A stretch of 52,762 nucleotides of DNA from Candidatus Parcubacteria bacterium (GTDB lineage Bacteria; Patescibacteriota; Minisyncoccia; UBA9983), in NCBI GenBank assembly GCA_003599625.1, contig QZIU01000009.1:1-52762 (forward strand). The letters run 5' to 3'. How positions within the stretch are numbered: position 1 is the stretch's first letter; each line of letters opens with the position of its first letter. A model generated the notes under the pieces. The model saw only the letters and a list, made by a program, of their open reading frames with translations, did not search any database and was not told the origin of the DNA. Positions 1-8,997 of the stretch are shown piece after piece. Made by a program: the position numbers and the translations under genes.

Positions 1-56
1 ATTTGCTTTAGCCTGATAAATACCAAAATTATATGGTTAAACCGTCAGCTATGACA

Positions 57-217
57 TTTCTACTTTGCTGTGGTATGACATTATCATGTTGCTGTGACAC
101 AAATTATTATTATTATTATTATTAATTATAATAATAATTAGCTGATATATATTACAACAACGTACGGCTTGGTTTGTCGCAACAACATGATGATGTCATA
201 GTACAGCAAAGTAGAAA
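57..217. repeat. Long imperfect inverted repeat (~43-bp arms) around an AT-rich (TTA)n loop
   Basis: Arm 57-99 (tttctactttgctgtggtatgacattatcatgttgctgtgaca) is near-complementary to 175-217, with 5 non-Watson-Crick positions. The loop holds a 12-bp inner stem (102-113/128-139). Confidence 0.85.
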
Positions 218-233
218 AGGCTGGGGTGATAAT

Positions 234-265
234 AAAAAACAGGGAACTAAAAAAGCCCCCTGTTT
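234..265 (-). terminator. Intrinsic terminator after pheA
   Basis: aaacaggg (237-244)/ccctgttt (258-265) stem, followed by a T-run on the minus strand, 12 nt after the pheA stop. Confidence 0.6.
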
Positions 266-277
266 ACAAATAAAGAA

Positions 278-1153
278 CTATTTAGAAGTAATATCTTGAT
301 AAGAACCAATAAAGCGAGGGGGATTCAAAGATAAGCCAAGTTTCCTAAATTCCGACCAAGCATCCACCATTTTCTTGTCAGTGACATAGCCTTCAAATTC
401 CAATAAGAAAGTATATTCCCAGTGCTTTCCGGGTATAGGGCAGGGATATATGAGGAGCAAATTAATTTTCTTGTCAGAAAAAATACTCAGCGTTTTTGCC
501 AATGTACCGGGCATAGACTGTTCTAAATTGATTAAAAAACAAGTCTTATCTTTTCCTGTTTTATTAGCGTGCTCTTTACCTATGATCCAAAACCTTGTCT
601 TGCTATTTTTATGATCTGTTACTGACAGAGGATATATGCGTGTTAAGTTGTACATTTCACAAGCCTTGGATGATGCAATGACAACAATATCATGATCTGT
701 TGATGCTTCTTCAGCTGCAACTCCCGTTGAATCCCTGACCTCAACTATCAATTCCCTATTGTCTTCCCTCAACTGAGAAACAAACTCACTGCACTGTCTT
801 ATCGCAACTGCGTGAGAAAGCAGTTTTTTAGGCGGTTCTGAAATATTTTCTTTGCGAAGATAAAATAATTCTATCGGAACCACAGATTCCGCCCAGACTT
901 TCAAGCCAAGATGCCCATCCACATCTTCTATTGCTCTAATGGTTTCTGTCACGACACCATCTATTACATTTTCAATTGCAACTACGCCATAATTTACCTC
1001 CTTTTTACCAACCGCCAGACAAACCTCCTCATGACTCTTATATGCCATAAAATCAATACTGCTTTCCCCTTGTTTTTTCGCGAAAAAATCCTCAGCAGCT
1101 ATATATCCGAATGTGGACATATTTGGCCCCAAATAACCAACCTTCGTACTCAT
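278..1153 (-). CDS. pheA: Prephenate dehydratase (PDT + ACT domain), no chorismate mutase domain
   Basis: N-terminal YLGP..TF, GVVAIEN, SH.VA..QC, catalytic TRF (SKTRFWII), C-terminal ACT with WEYTF. ATGA overlap with the tyrS stop. Confidence 0.9.
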   Translation of the reverse strand: MSTKVGYLGPNMSTFGYIAAEDFFAKKQGESSIDFMAYKSHEEVCLAVGKKEVNYGVVAIENVIDGVVTETIRAIEDVDGHLGLKVWAESVVPIELFYLRKENISEPPKKLLSHAVAIRQCSEFVSQLREDNRELIVEVRDSTGVAAEEASTDHDIVVIASSKACEMYNLTRIYPLSVTDHKNSKTRFWIIGKEHANKTGKDKTCFLINLEQSMPGTLAKTLSIFSDKKINLLLIYPCPIPGKHWEYTFLLEFEGYVTDKKMVDAWSEFRKLGLSLNPPRFIGSYQDITSK

Positions 1154-2400
1154 TTAGTTTCTCCTTCTAAAATAAGGCGGTGATATTGTTTTTTTCCCCG
1201 CCGAATTATTACAGTAAAATTGTCAAAAAAACTTTCTTTGATTTCCAAATCCAGAGAATTGACTTTTTCCCCGTTTAAAGAAATTCCCCCTTGGCTGATT
1301 AATCTTCTTGCCTCAGACTTTGTTTTGCAAAAGCAAATTTCACACAATAAGTCGACTATCGGCAGACCTTCTTTAATTCTGGAAATTTCAATGCGACTCG
1401 TCGGAATAGATTCCAAATAATTTCCGAGGTTTGAAAATATTGTTTTGCCTGATTTTTCGGCTTTTATGGCCTCTTCTTGGCCATGAACAAGTTTGGTAAC
1501 TTCAAAAGCTAAAATTTCTTTTGCCACCCGAATTTCTTGCCCTTTAAGTTTTTTTAGTTTTACGACATCATCATGTGGCAAAAAAGTGAAAAGATTAAGG
1601 AATCTAATCACATCTTTATCGTCTGTATTAATCCAAAATTGATAAAAATCATAAGGCGATGTTTTTAGCGGATCAAGCCAAATAGTGCCTGCTTCTGTTT
1701 TACCCATCTTGTTGCCTCGAGCTGTTACAAGCAGAGGAAAAGTTAGACCATAAACTTTTTTACTCCGAATAATTCTTACGAGATTAATGCCAGCGATCAT
1801 GTTGCCCCATTGGTCATCACCACCCAATTGCAAAACGCAGTTATGTCTGTCAAATAAAACAAAAAAATCATAAGCCTGAAGAATTTGATAATTAAATTCT
1901 GTAAACGACAACCCTTCTTGCCTGTCCAATCTTTGTTTATATGATTCCGCTTTTATCATCTCGTTAACCTTAAAGTACCTGCCAATATCTCTCAGAAACT
2001 TTATATAGTTAAGATCTAGCAACCAATCTGCGTTATTAATAACAGTTCCGCTTTCACCGTCAAGAATTAAGTATTTCTTGAGTTGGGAAACAATTTTTGC
2101 GTTATTATTAGCAATTTCTTCGCTAGACATTACCCTCCTCATCTCGGTTTTTCCGCTGGGATCACCGATCATGGCGGTTCCGCCACCAATTATACAAACA
2201 GGAAAATGTCCAGCTTTCTGCAAATGAGCCATTGCCATAATTGGTAGCAAACTGCCGACATGCAAACTGTCAGCCGTCGGATCAAAGCCAACATAATAGA
2301 CAACTTTTTCTTCATTAAGTTTCTTAATCAACCCTTCATGATCTGAACATTGCTTAACAAAGCCTCTTTCTTTCAATACATCAAATAGATTACTATTCAA
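1150..2400 (-). CDS. tyrS: Tyrosine--tRNA ligase
   Basis: YVGFDPTADSLHVGS (HIGH), GMIGDPSGK-type motif, QLGGDDQWGN, KMGKT (KMSKS), C-terminal S4 domain. TTG start with AAGGAG Shine-Dalgarno. Confidence 0.97.
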   Translation of the reverse strand: MNSNLFDVLKERGFVKQCSDHEGLIKKLNEEKVVYYVGFDPTADSLHVGSLLPIMAMAHLQKAGHFPVCIIGGGTAMIGDPSGKTEMRRVMSSEEIANNNAKIVSQLKKYLILDGESGTVINNADWLLDLNYIKFLRDIGRYFKVNEMIKAESYKQRLDRQEGLSFTEFNYQILQAYDFFVLFDRHNCVLQLGGDDQWGNMIAGINLVRIIRSKKVYGLTFPLLVTARGNKMGKTEAGTIWLDPLKTSPYDFYQFWINTDDKDVIRFLNLFTFLPHDDVVKLKKLKGQEIRVAKEILAFEVTKLVHGQEEAIKAEKSGKTIFSNLGNYLESIPTSRIEISRIKEGLPIVDLLCEICFCKTKSEARRLISQGGISLNGEKVNSLDLEIKESFFDNFTVIIRRGKKQYHRLILEGETK

Positions 2401-2549
2401 GATATTCTCCTTATATTAAGTTATTAAGGTCTAACAACAAATTCACATGAACTTGCCCTTACCTATCTATCGGCAAGGCTAAATCTTTCTTTGATTATTG
2501 TCAAGGTCAATCGAGTCAATCAGATTAGTAAAACTTCTGATAAAATTAT

Positions 2550-3266
2550 CTAATATTTTTTCAGATAACCTAAATTTAACTGTTCTCTTAATTTTTGGTT
2601 CTCTTTTTTATTTAGATTTTTTCGTAAAGCCAAAGCTATTTTTTCAGTAATAACCCCGTTAAAAGCCATGTTGGCTGATAACTTCACTATTATTTTTGCT
2701 TTTTGCTTATTTATTGGTGTTGATAAATATTTTCCTATTTTTTTTGCTATTGGAGTTTGTAAATTTTTTCTACGCCACTCTACATGACAAAGAATCATAT
2801 CAACATCACTATCTTCCACTTTTTCGTGATTGATTTTTTTAAAATTTGTCATTTTCCATGTATGACGAATAATTCCAAGTAATCCTGATTTTTCAAGCGT
2901 GTCTGCATCGTGCACAACTTTCGCTTCCAAAGTTTTTGGAGTTATTGTTCCTTCATGAGACGCCACACATTCGGCGATATTATTCAATTCATTTGCGGAA
3001 AGATTAAAATGTTTAAGCAAGTTTTTTACTATTTTTTTATTTTTTAGATAGTTGTAATCGTTGCCAGAAGGCAGTGCTGTATCATGCAAAAATGCTCCAG
3101 CTATAACGATAAAATCATTCGCTCCTGTTTTTTGCGCCAGAAACTTTGCCACATGAACAACCCTAAGTAAGTGCTTATTTCCTTTAGACTTACCACCGAA
3201 AGCAACATCGTGATCTGTTTCTAACGCAAGCTTTTTAATTTTTAGAAGTATATTTTTTTTAAGCAT
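2550..3266 (-). CDS. HD-domain phosphohydrolase
   Basis: H (KHLLRV), HD (FLHD), H (ASHEG) and D (HDADTLE) metal ligands all present. Confidence 0.85.
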   Translation of the reverse strand: MLKKNILLKIKKLALETDHDVAFGGKSKGNKHLLRVVHVAKFLAQKTGANDFIVIAGAFLHDTALPSGNDYNYLKNKKIVKNLLKHFNLSANELNNIAECVASHEGTITPKTLEAKVVHDADTLEKSGLLGIIRHTWKMTNFKKINHEKVEDSDVDMILCHVEWRRKNLQTPIAKKIGKYLSTPINKQKAKIIVKLSANMAFNGVITEKIALALRKNLNKKENQKLREQLNLGYLKKY

Positions 3267-3300
3267 AAAGTAATTAAATTATATTTATATTTTTTTTATT

Positions 3301-3349
3301 AAACAATTGGACTGGTGTTGACTCATAACTCAAACCAGTCCAATTGTTT
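3301..3349. repeat. Perfect 16-bp inverted repeat (hairpin)
   Basis: aaacaattggactggt (3301-3316)/accagtccaattgttt (3334-3349). No U-tract on the minus strand. Confidence 0.85.
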
Positions 3350-3362
3350 CGCGCTGAACTTT

Positions 3363-3890
3363 TTAAAAAATGTTTTCAATCAGCATATCCAAATCCACGT
3401 CATTTCCATTATCAATGATGATGTGATTTTGATCATTGGGAGAAAACTTTTCGAAAATATCCTCAAACAAAAGATGCATTTTTAATGCCTCTTCAGTTGA
3501 GAGAATGTGTCCTTTCCTGCTCATTGATTGAAGCCGCTTCTCAACCGTTTCATATGAGCATCGCACTTCAACCCATAGCACCTGCACATCTCGTTCTGTA
3601 CACATAGATTCTAGTCTCGCGCGAAGTGAATTCAAGTGAAAAACTTCGTCCATTATTACCGTTGATATTCCTTGCTTAAAAAGACCGAAAGTATGCTCAA
3701 TGGCTTTTTGATAATAATTCCATCTTTGTTCTGGCGGATCAATTTGGCTTGTTACCAGAAGTGGATCGACATCGTTTTTTTTAAAATCATCAAGATCGAC
3801 AATTTTTGCTCCGATTTTCTTGCTTACTTTTCTAGAAATTGTTGACTTACCTACTCCAGGCAAGCCGGCGAATAATAAAAGTTTCTTCAC
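3363..3890 (-). CDS. Small P-loop kinase (AAA_33-like)
   Basis: Walker A GLPGVGKST; VDLDDF; lid-like motif ETVEKRLQSMSR. GTG start with AAAGGAGG Shine-Dalgarno. Confidence 0.8.
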   Translation of the reverse strand: MKKLLLFAGLPGVGKSTISRKVSKKIGAKIVDLDDFKKNDVDPLLVTSQIDPPEQRWNYYQKAIEHTFGLFKQGISTVIMDEVFHLNSLRARLESMCTERDVQVLWVEVRCSYETVEKRLQSMSRKGHILSTEEALKMHLLFEDIFEKFSPNDQNHIIIDNGNDVDLDMLIENIF

Positions 3891-4155
3891 TTGCTTCCTC
3901 CTTTTTTATTAAATTATAAAAGAACTAAAAAAATGACCTCGCATGAGGTCAGTTTTAGGTGTCTAAATATTTATTTCGGCAACCAAACTAACCTCCCCTT
4001 TTTAAGCCAGTTCTATAATAATATGACATACTATTTAAATTAAAAACTTTCATTATTACCAATCTACACCTTAATAAGGATGATGTCAAATCAACTACCC
4101 CTAATCAACAACTCCTACCTTACACCCTTACTTTTTTTCTTCGCAAAGGACGGCA

Positions 4156-4179
4156 AAAGGAGTCGAATTTGACTCCTTT
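4156..4179 (-). terminator. Probable intrinsic terminator
   Basis: aaaggagtc/gactccttt 9-bp stem just downstream of the 4208..4732 gene. Confidence 0.55.
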
Positions 4180-4207
4180 AATGCAATTAGGAAATCGGGC
4201 ATAATAC

Positions 4208-4732
4208 TTAAATAAATTCAATTACCTTCTTTGCGACCTCTTCCGGCGTTAAGTCGGATGTATCTATAATGGGGGAATTCAGATCCTCGAACACTCTTTT
4301 CATTTGTCCAGAAATATAAATATTTCCGTCAATAAATACAGTAATCGGCTTGCCGATTACTGTCTGGGATTCATTAAAATATCCATCCTTCGAGTATCTA
4401 CCTGTCAAACGCTGGCGAATTACTTCGGGCCTGGCATCCAAAAAGATCAAAACAATTTTAATGTCCTTATTTGATAATAGTTCCTGGAAATCGGCCGGTT
4501 TGACAAAACCGCAGATTATCAAGCTTTTGTTTTCCTGAGCAAGTTTAATCCCTTCTTCAACCCAATATTTTGTTTCCGAAATCCGCCACCTGCCATCGGC
4601 ATTTCCTGGCACACCCCTTTCATCAAAGTCATGTATTTCAAATTTCCTAACCGGCAACACAACTTTCAAGTGGGGCATAATTGATGTTTTGCCGACACCG
4701 TTCACTCCGCTTATAAAATATATCTTATTCAT
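4208..4732 (-). CDS. Small P-loop kinase (shikimate/NMP-kinase-like fold)
   Basis: Walker A GVNGVGKTS, IHDFDE, LDARPEVIRQRL, IIDTS. Visibly paralogous to 7342..7884. Confidence 0.75.
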   Translation of the reverse strand: MNKIYFISGVNGVGKTSIMPHLKVVLPVRKFEIHDFDERGVPGNADGRWRISETKYWVEEGIKLAQENKSLIICGFVKPADFQELLSNKDIKIVLIFLDARPEVIRQRLTGRYSKDGYFNESQTVIGKPITVFIDGNIYISGQMKRVFEDLNSPIIDTSDLTPEEVAKKVIEFI

Positions 4733-4871
4733 AATCGTTTTCTTTTTAGTAATATTTCACCAGCCACATCCGGAACTGGAAAAAGTGGCGGAGTAAAGCC
4801 AAGAAAAGTCGTTTACCAATTATTGGCTAAACTTTAATGCCACCTTTTCTTAGTTTAAGAAAATGCCTAGG

Positions 4872-5525
4872 CTACCGACTTTCAAGATACTTCACGCTTT
4901 CCATTACAAACTCTTTAGCGCCTAATTGCTTTTCCCAAATTAATTTAATTGCTTCCAGTTTTTCTTTTAGGTCGGGATAAAACAATAGCTCTTCCGCGCC
5001 GATGGCGTTGTGGATAGACGGCAAGTTTAGAAAAATAACATTAAAAATCTCGGATAATTCCCAAAGCGCTTTGCTGTCTTTAATGCCGATTGAATAACAA
5101 AAATCATAAAAAGCAAAATGGGTTAATTCGTGAGCGATAACTTCTTTTCGCAGGTGATGCGGGCGTTTGTAATAAACTTGAAAAGTTTTTGTTTCAATAT
5201 ATCTAGGATTGCAGTCAAAGATGGATAAATAACAAGTATAATTTTCCTTACTAAAATCCCGGCCAAAATATTTGCTTAATTCAGTAAATAATGCTTCTTT
5301 AATTTCTGAAAAACATTTTTTAGTATCTTCCAGTGTGTTTAATAATTCTTGCTCATGTGTTTTATAAAAAGTATCTATGTACTCAATGTGATTTTCTTTA
5401 GTGATGCCGGGGTGGTCGTCTCTAATTTTTTTGCCAAAATCAGCCCCACCAAAAACGCTTTCACGGAAAGCTGAGTAAACTTCTTTATCAAGTTGTTTGT
5501 TTAATTTTATTTTCATATTTTTCAC
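4872..5525 (-). CDS. Hypothetical protein with a zincin HExxH motif (putative metallopeptidase)
   Basis: IAHELTH plus a downstream E (ELSEIF). The GTG start overlaps the helicase stop (GTGA); alternative ATG at 5516. Confidence 0.55.
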   Translation of the reverse strand: MKNMKIKLNKQLDKEVYSAFRESVFGGADFGKKIRDDHPGITKENHIEYIDTFYKTHEQELLNTLEDTKKCFSEIKEALFTELSKYFGRDFSKENYTCYLSIFDCNPRYIETKTFQVYYKRPHHLRKEVIAHELTHFAFYDFCYSIGIKDSKALWELSEIFNVIFLNLPSIHNAIGAEELLFYPDLKEKLEAIKLIWEKQLGAKEFVMESVKYLESR

Positions 5526-7180
5526 TTTCTCATAAAAAGCCTGGCCATGCGGATCTCATCGAAGCTGAAGCTGGGGCCGAGGATGTCGCGGGCGGGAGAA
5601 AGCTTCATCTCGCCGGTCTTTTTGTAAACTTGATCGAAAGCCGCCTTTATTTTCTCAAAATTCTCTTTGCAGGGCTTAATGTGCCCGATATCCGATTTCG
5701 GATCGATCATCCCCTCCTCCGCGAGTTTTTCCAGGTGGCTGATGATTGTCCCTTCCGTCATATTTCTTTCTATTGCCATTTCTTTGACCGACTTTTTATC
5801 AAGCGCCAAACATCTGGTTATTTCGCAAGTCGAGAGCTTTTTCTTTTTGCCTTTATATTTTTCCTTCGGCGCGATAGAAGCGAGATATGTTTCCTGCGCG
5901 CGGGTCTTTTCTTCGCCAGGCATGCGCTTTAATTCGTCAGACAACCGATCGGAATGATCCTTGAGTTCTTTATCAAACTCAAGGATATCTTCATTTACCT
6001 TCAAAGCCATTTGATTCAGGCCGAGCAATTTGAGTCCGTCGAGAGTTCTCACCCTGGAAAGCGCCACATAACCCATGCCGCGCTCGAACGATTTTGAAAG
6101 ATCCACCTCCACCGCGTCCAAGCTCATTCCCTGGCTCTTGTGAACCGTGATAGCCCAGGCCAGCCGTAGCGGAACTTGAGAAATTTCCGCCTTGATCTTC
6201 CCTTCCTCCTCTATTGCCCAACTGACTGGAGAAGCCGCGATCCGCTCCCCGCCCGCCGTTTCCACCATGGGCCCGTCGTCATGGAAACCGACAATCTTGC
6301 CGAGTGTTCCGTTCACATAACCTTGTTCGTGATTATTCTTCACGAACATCACCCTTGCTCCCCTCTTCAGCTTTAAAATTTCCGGCGCCAAACAGCTTTT
6401 TTTGAGAGCTTCCAACAAATGGGGTTTTCCCTTATCGCCCATGCGAAAGACGCGTTCCTCCCCGCTGATTCCGTTCAACTCCCGATCATTCACTTCGTCC
6501 ACATCCGCGTTGTGCGTGTAAAGTCTGGTCGGCTGGATAGAATTTTTGGGCTCTTTTTTATATCGGCCTCGCAAGTGATCCAATGTTTCTTCCGAAACGG
6601 TATTGCTTCTTATGTCGTTTAGCACTTTTAAGCAAGTATCGTCCTTCTGGCGGTGCTGCTCATGCAGATAGCAAATTCTGGGATTCATTTTCTGCCACGC
6701 TTCCGATTTGTAAATAAAATGAGCCTCCGGTTCTCCTGTCCTTGCTACGGGCGGAAGCTGGAAGAAATCCCCGCAAAGCACCACTTGCATTCCGCCGAAT
6801 GGCGCGTCCACCCTTCTGATCTTCCGGACGATCTTCTCCGCGAGGTCGAGGCGAAAATGGTGAAGCATCGAGACCTCGTCGATGATAAGAACTTTGGTAT
6901 TTTGGAAACGATCCCAAAGATACTTCCGGCCTTCGATCTCGCTAATATCTCGATCAGTTATTTGATTCTTGATTCCGATCCCCGACCAGGAATGGATAGT
7001 GACGCCGTTCATGTGCGTGGCGGCGATGCCTGTAGAGGCGGTAACGGCCACCGGGGCGTTATGCTTCCGCAAATAATCGATATACTTGTTCAAAAGAAAA
7101 GTCTTCCCGCTTCCGGCGGATCCGGTTAAATAAACACTATGTCCCATCTTTAATACGGCAAAAGCCTCTTCCTGAGTCAT
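5522..7180 (-). CDS. Pif1-family SF1B helicase with C-terminal helix-turn-helix
   Basis: GSAGSGKT, IIDEVSM, GDFFQLPPV, LAWAITVHKSQG, YVALSR; C-terminal HTH (RNMTEGTIISHL). Confidence 0.93.
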   Translation of the reverse strand: MTQEEAFAVLKMGHSVYLTGSAGSGKTFLLNKYIDYLRKHNAPVAVTASTGIAATHMNGVTIHSWSGIGIKNQITDRDISEIEGRKYLWDRFQNTKVLIIDEVSMLHHFRLDLAEKIVRKIRRVDAPFGGMQVVLCGDFFQLPPVARTGEPEAHFIYKSEAWQKMNPRICYLHEQHRQKDDTCLKVLNDIRSNTVSEETLDHLRGRYKKEPKNSIQPTRLYTHNADVDEVNDRELNGISGEERVFRMGDKGKPHLLEALKKSCLAPEILKLKRGARVMFVKNNHEQGYVNGTLGKIVGFHDDGPMVETAGGERIAASPVSWAIEEEGKIKAEISQVPLRLAWAITVHKSQGMSLDAVEVDLSKSFERGMGYVALSRVRTLDGLKLLGLNQMALKVNEDILEFDKELKDHSDRLSDELKRMPGEEKTRAQETYLASIAPKEKYKGKKKKLSTCEITRCLALDKKSVKEMAIERNMTEGTIISHLEKLAEEGMIDPKSDIGHIKPCKENFEKIKAAFDQVYKKTGEMKLSPARDILGPSFSFDEIRMARLFMRK

Positions 7181-7186
7181 TTCCTA

Positions 7187-7192
7187 ATTATA
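7187..7192 (-). promoter_or_regulatory. -10 box 6 nt before the Pif1 ATG (leaderless-type promoter)
   Basis: Perfect TATAAT on the minus strand and no Shine-Dalgarno. Confidence 0.55.
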
Positions 7193-7318
7193 ATCAGTTT
7201 TCATTGTTTTTAAACTGCTTATTTAGAACATTCTCAATCTTTTTGAATATTTTATCGAATCTGACACTCGCCTTCCTTCCGAGCTATTCTCGCTCAAAAA
7301 GTTTTCGCCGGCAAAAAA

Positions 7319-7327
7319 TGTTATAAT
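7319..7327 (+). promoter_or_regulatory. Extended -10 promoter TGnTATAAT
   Basis: tgttataat 14 nt upstream of the ATG at 7342. Confidence 0.6.
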
Positions 7328-7341
7328 GAAACATACTAAAA

Positions 7342-7884
7342 ATGACTCCTAAGCTTTATTTTATCACTGGTTCGAGCGGAATTGGGAAAAGTACAATAAT
7401 TCCGATTCTTAAATCTAGTCTCACGGATAACTTTGACATACACGACTTTGACGAAAAACTTACAGAAGAAGTTGCGATGAATGGAAGTTTATTAGATGCC
7501 TGGAGAAAAGAAACTACAACATATTGGATTGAACAAGCCCAAAAAAACCAAAAAAATAAAAAATCGACAATCGTTGTTGGTTTAATTTATGTAAGCGAAG
7601 CAACCGAGATAAATACGGACATTTCAATTTCTTTTTGTCTACTTGACGCTTCGGATAAAAAAATAAGAGAGCGGCTTATGGGTAAAAGATTTTCTACGTC
7701 AGAACGAATTGCGGGCCTGAAACAAGCTACCGGGCAAACTCCGGAAGATTTTATAGAAGAAAATAAAAACACAATGGATAGATTGCGACAAGAAGTTAAA
7801 AAGATAAACGGATTTGTTATCGACACGACAAATGATACGCCGAATGAAACAGTAACGAGAGTTATTTCTTGGATTAAGTCCTGA
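7342..7884 (+). CDS. Small P-loop kinase, paralog of 4208..4732
   Basis: Walker A GSSGIGKST, IHDFDE, LDASDKKIRERL, VIDTT. Confidence 0.75.
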   Translation: MTPKLYFITGSSGIGKSTIIPILKSSLTDNFDIHDFDEKLTEEVAMNGSLLDAWRKETTTYWIEQAQKNQKNKKSTIVVGLIYVSEATEINTDISISFCLLDASDKKIRERLMGKRFSTSERIAGLKQATGQTPEDFIEENKNTMDRLRQEVKKINGFVIDTTNDTPNETVTRVISWIKS

Positions 7885-7910
7885 TTTTTACTGAAATCAA
7901 ATGCCCTTTG

Positions 7911-8930
7911 TTAGAATGAATTCAGTATATTAAGGATTTTTCCGGAAAGTTGTTTGAATTGTTCTTTTGATTTCTCGATATTTTCTTTAGTGCCTTTTTG
8001 GTGGTCGTCAACAAGACTTGGATCAAGATCAAAAATCGCAACACCCAATTCTTGACACTTCGCCGGAATCCTTCCATAATCTTGTATTTCGCCAAGCGAG
8101 TCCTTCCAGCTCTTTTCAACTAAGCCGTTCCTGCCGTGCTTTTCCGAGAGGAAATGTTTTACTTTTTTCGGAATTTCTTCTATCCAATGACGATGATCTT
8201 TTATCGGCTGCTTGGCATAAACATTATACGAATTGATTATATATCCTATAAAAAGACCGTCTCCCGATAAAACAAATTTACTTTCCGTGTTTCCTGAAAG
8301 AGCCTTGCCCGTGACTTTCCAATTATGTTTCCATTTTTCAAAAACGGTTCCCAGATTTTCTATCCCTTGGACGCTAAAAGCGTCAGATATCATTGGGACC
8401 ACGAAGTAATCAGAACCGAGAAAAATGATCTGATTGAGCAATGACAAGCTGGGCGACGTATCGATCACAAAAATATCAATTTCATCCTTCATGCCTCTCT
8501 CTCGCAAGAACCTGTCAATGGCGCTCGTTTGAAAGTATCCAAGCTGTTGACCCGATGCCGCCTGTCCATAAGCTGACACGAGCAGATTTTCGTACAAAGA
8601 AAGATTCACGCTTCCCTTCAGGAGCGACAAATTTCCGCCACTGTTCGATACCGGAATGAACGGCACGGAAAAATCGACATCAGACCCGCCCTCTATCACA
8701 CCCTTTAATACGGTGTATATGTCTTTGTAGGTCGAGGAAAAAAGAGTATTCGCATACTGCGAATCTCCCAAAGCGAGACGAGATAAGTTACATTGGGGAT
8801 CAAGATCGACAAGCGCCGTCTTGTAACCTTGTTTGGCGAAAGACATTGCGCAGTTGAAGGCCAGGGTCGTTTTCCCCACTCCGCCTTTATTGTTGGAGAA
8901 TAAAAGTTTTTTAGTCCGGGGAAATTTCAT
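7911..8930 (-). CDS. ParA-family ATPase (orphan, no parB)
   Basis: Deviant Walker A KGGVGKTT, VDLDPQCNL, IDTSPS. TATAAT at 8939-8944, 8 nt upstream. Confidence 0.88.
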   Translation of the reverse strand: MKFPRTKKLLFSNNKGGVGKTTLAFNCAMSFAKQGYKTALVDLDPQCNLSRLALGDSQYANTLFSSTYKDIYTVLKGVIEGGSDVDFSVPFIPVSNSGGNLSLLKGSVNLSLYENLLVSAYGQAASGQQLGYFQTSAIDRFLRERGMKDEIDIFVIDTSPSLSLLNQIIFLGSDYFVVPMISDAFSVQGIENLGTVFEKWKHNWKVTGKALSGNTESKFVLSGDGLFIGYIINSYNVYAKQPIKDHRHWIEEIPKKVKHFLSEKHGRNGLVEKSWKDSLGEIQDYGRIPAKCQELGVAIFDLDPSLVDDHQKGTKENIEKSKEQFKQLSGKILNILNSF

Positions 8931-8997
8931 GTTTTTTCATTATAATCAAAATCGAATGAAAAGCGAGCAGCCGCCCAATAACCTTCTTTAGATAAAA

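Noticed and set aside
2401-2549. T-box riboswitch upstream of tyrS
   Set aside because: The leader is too short and has no T-box consensus or specifier stem.
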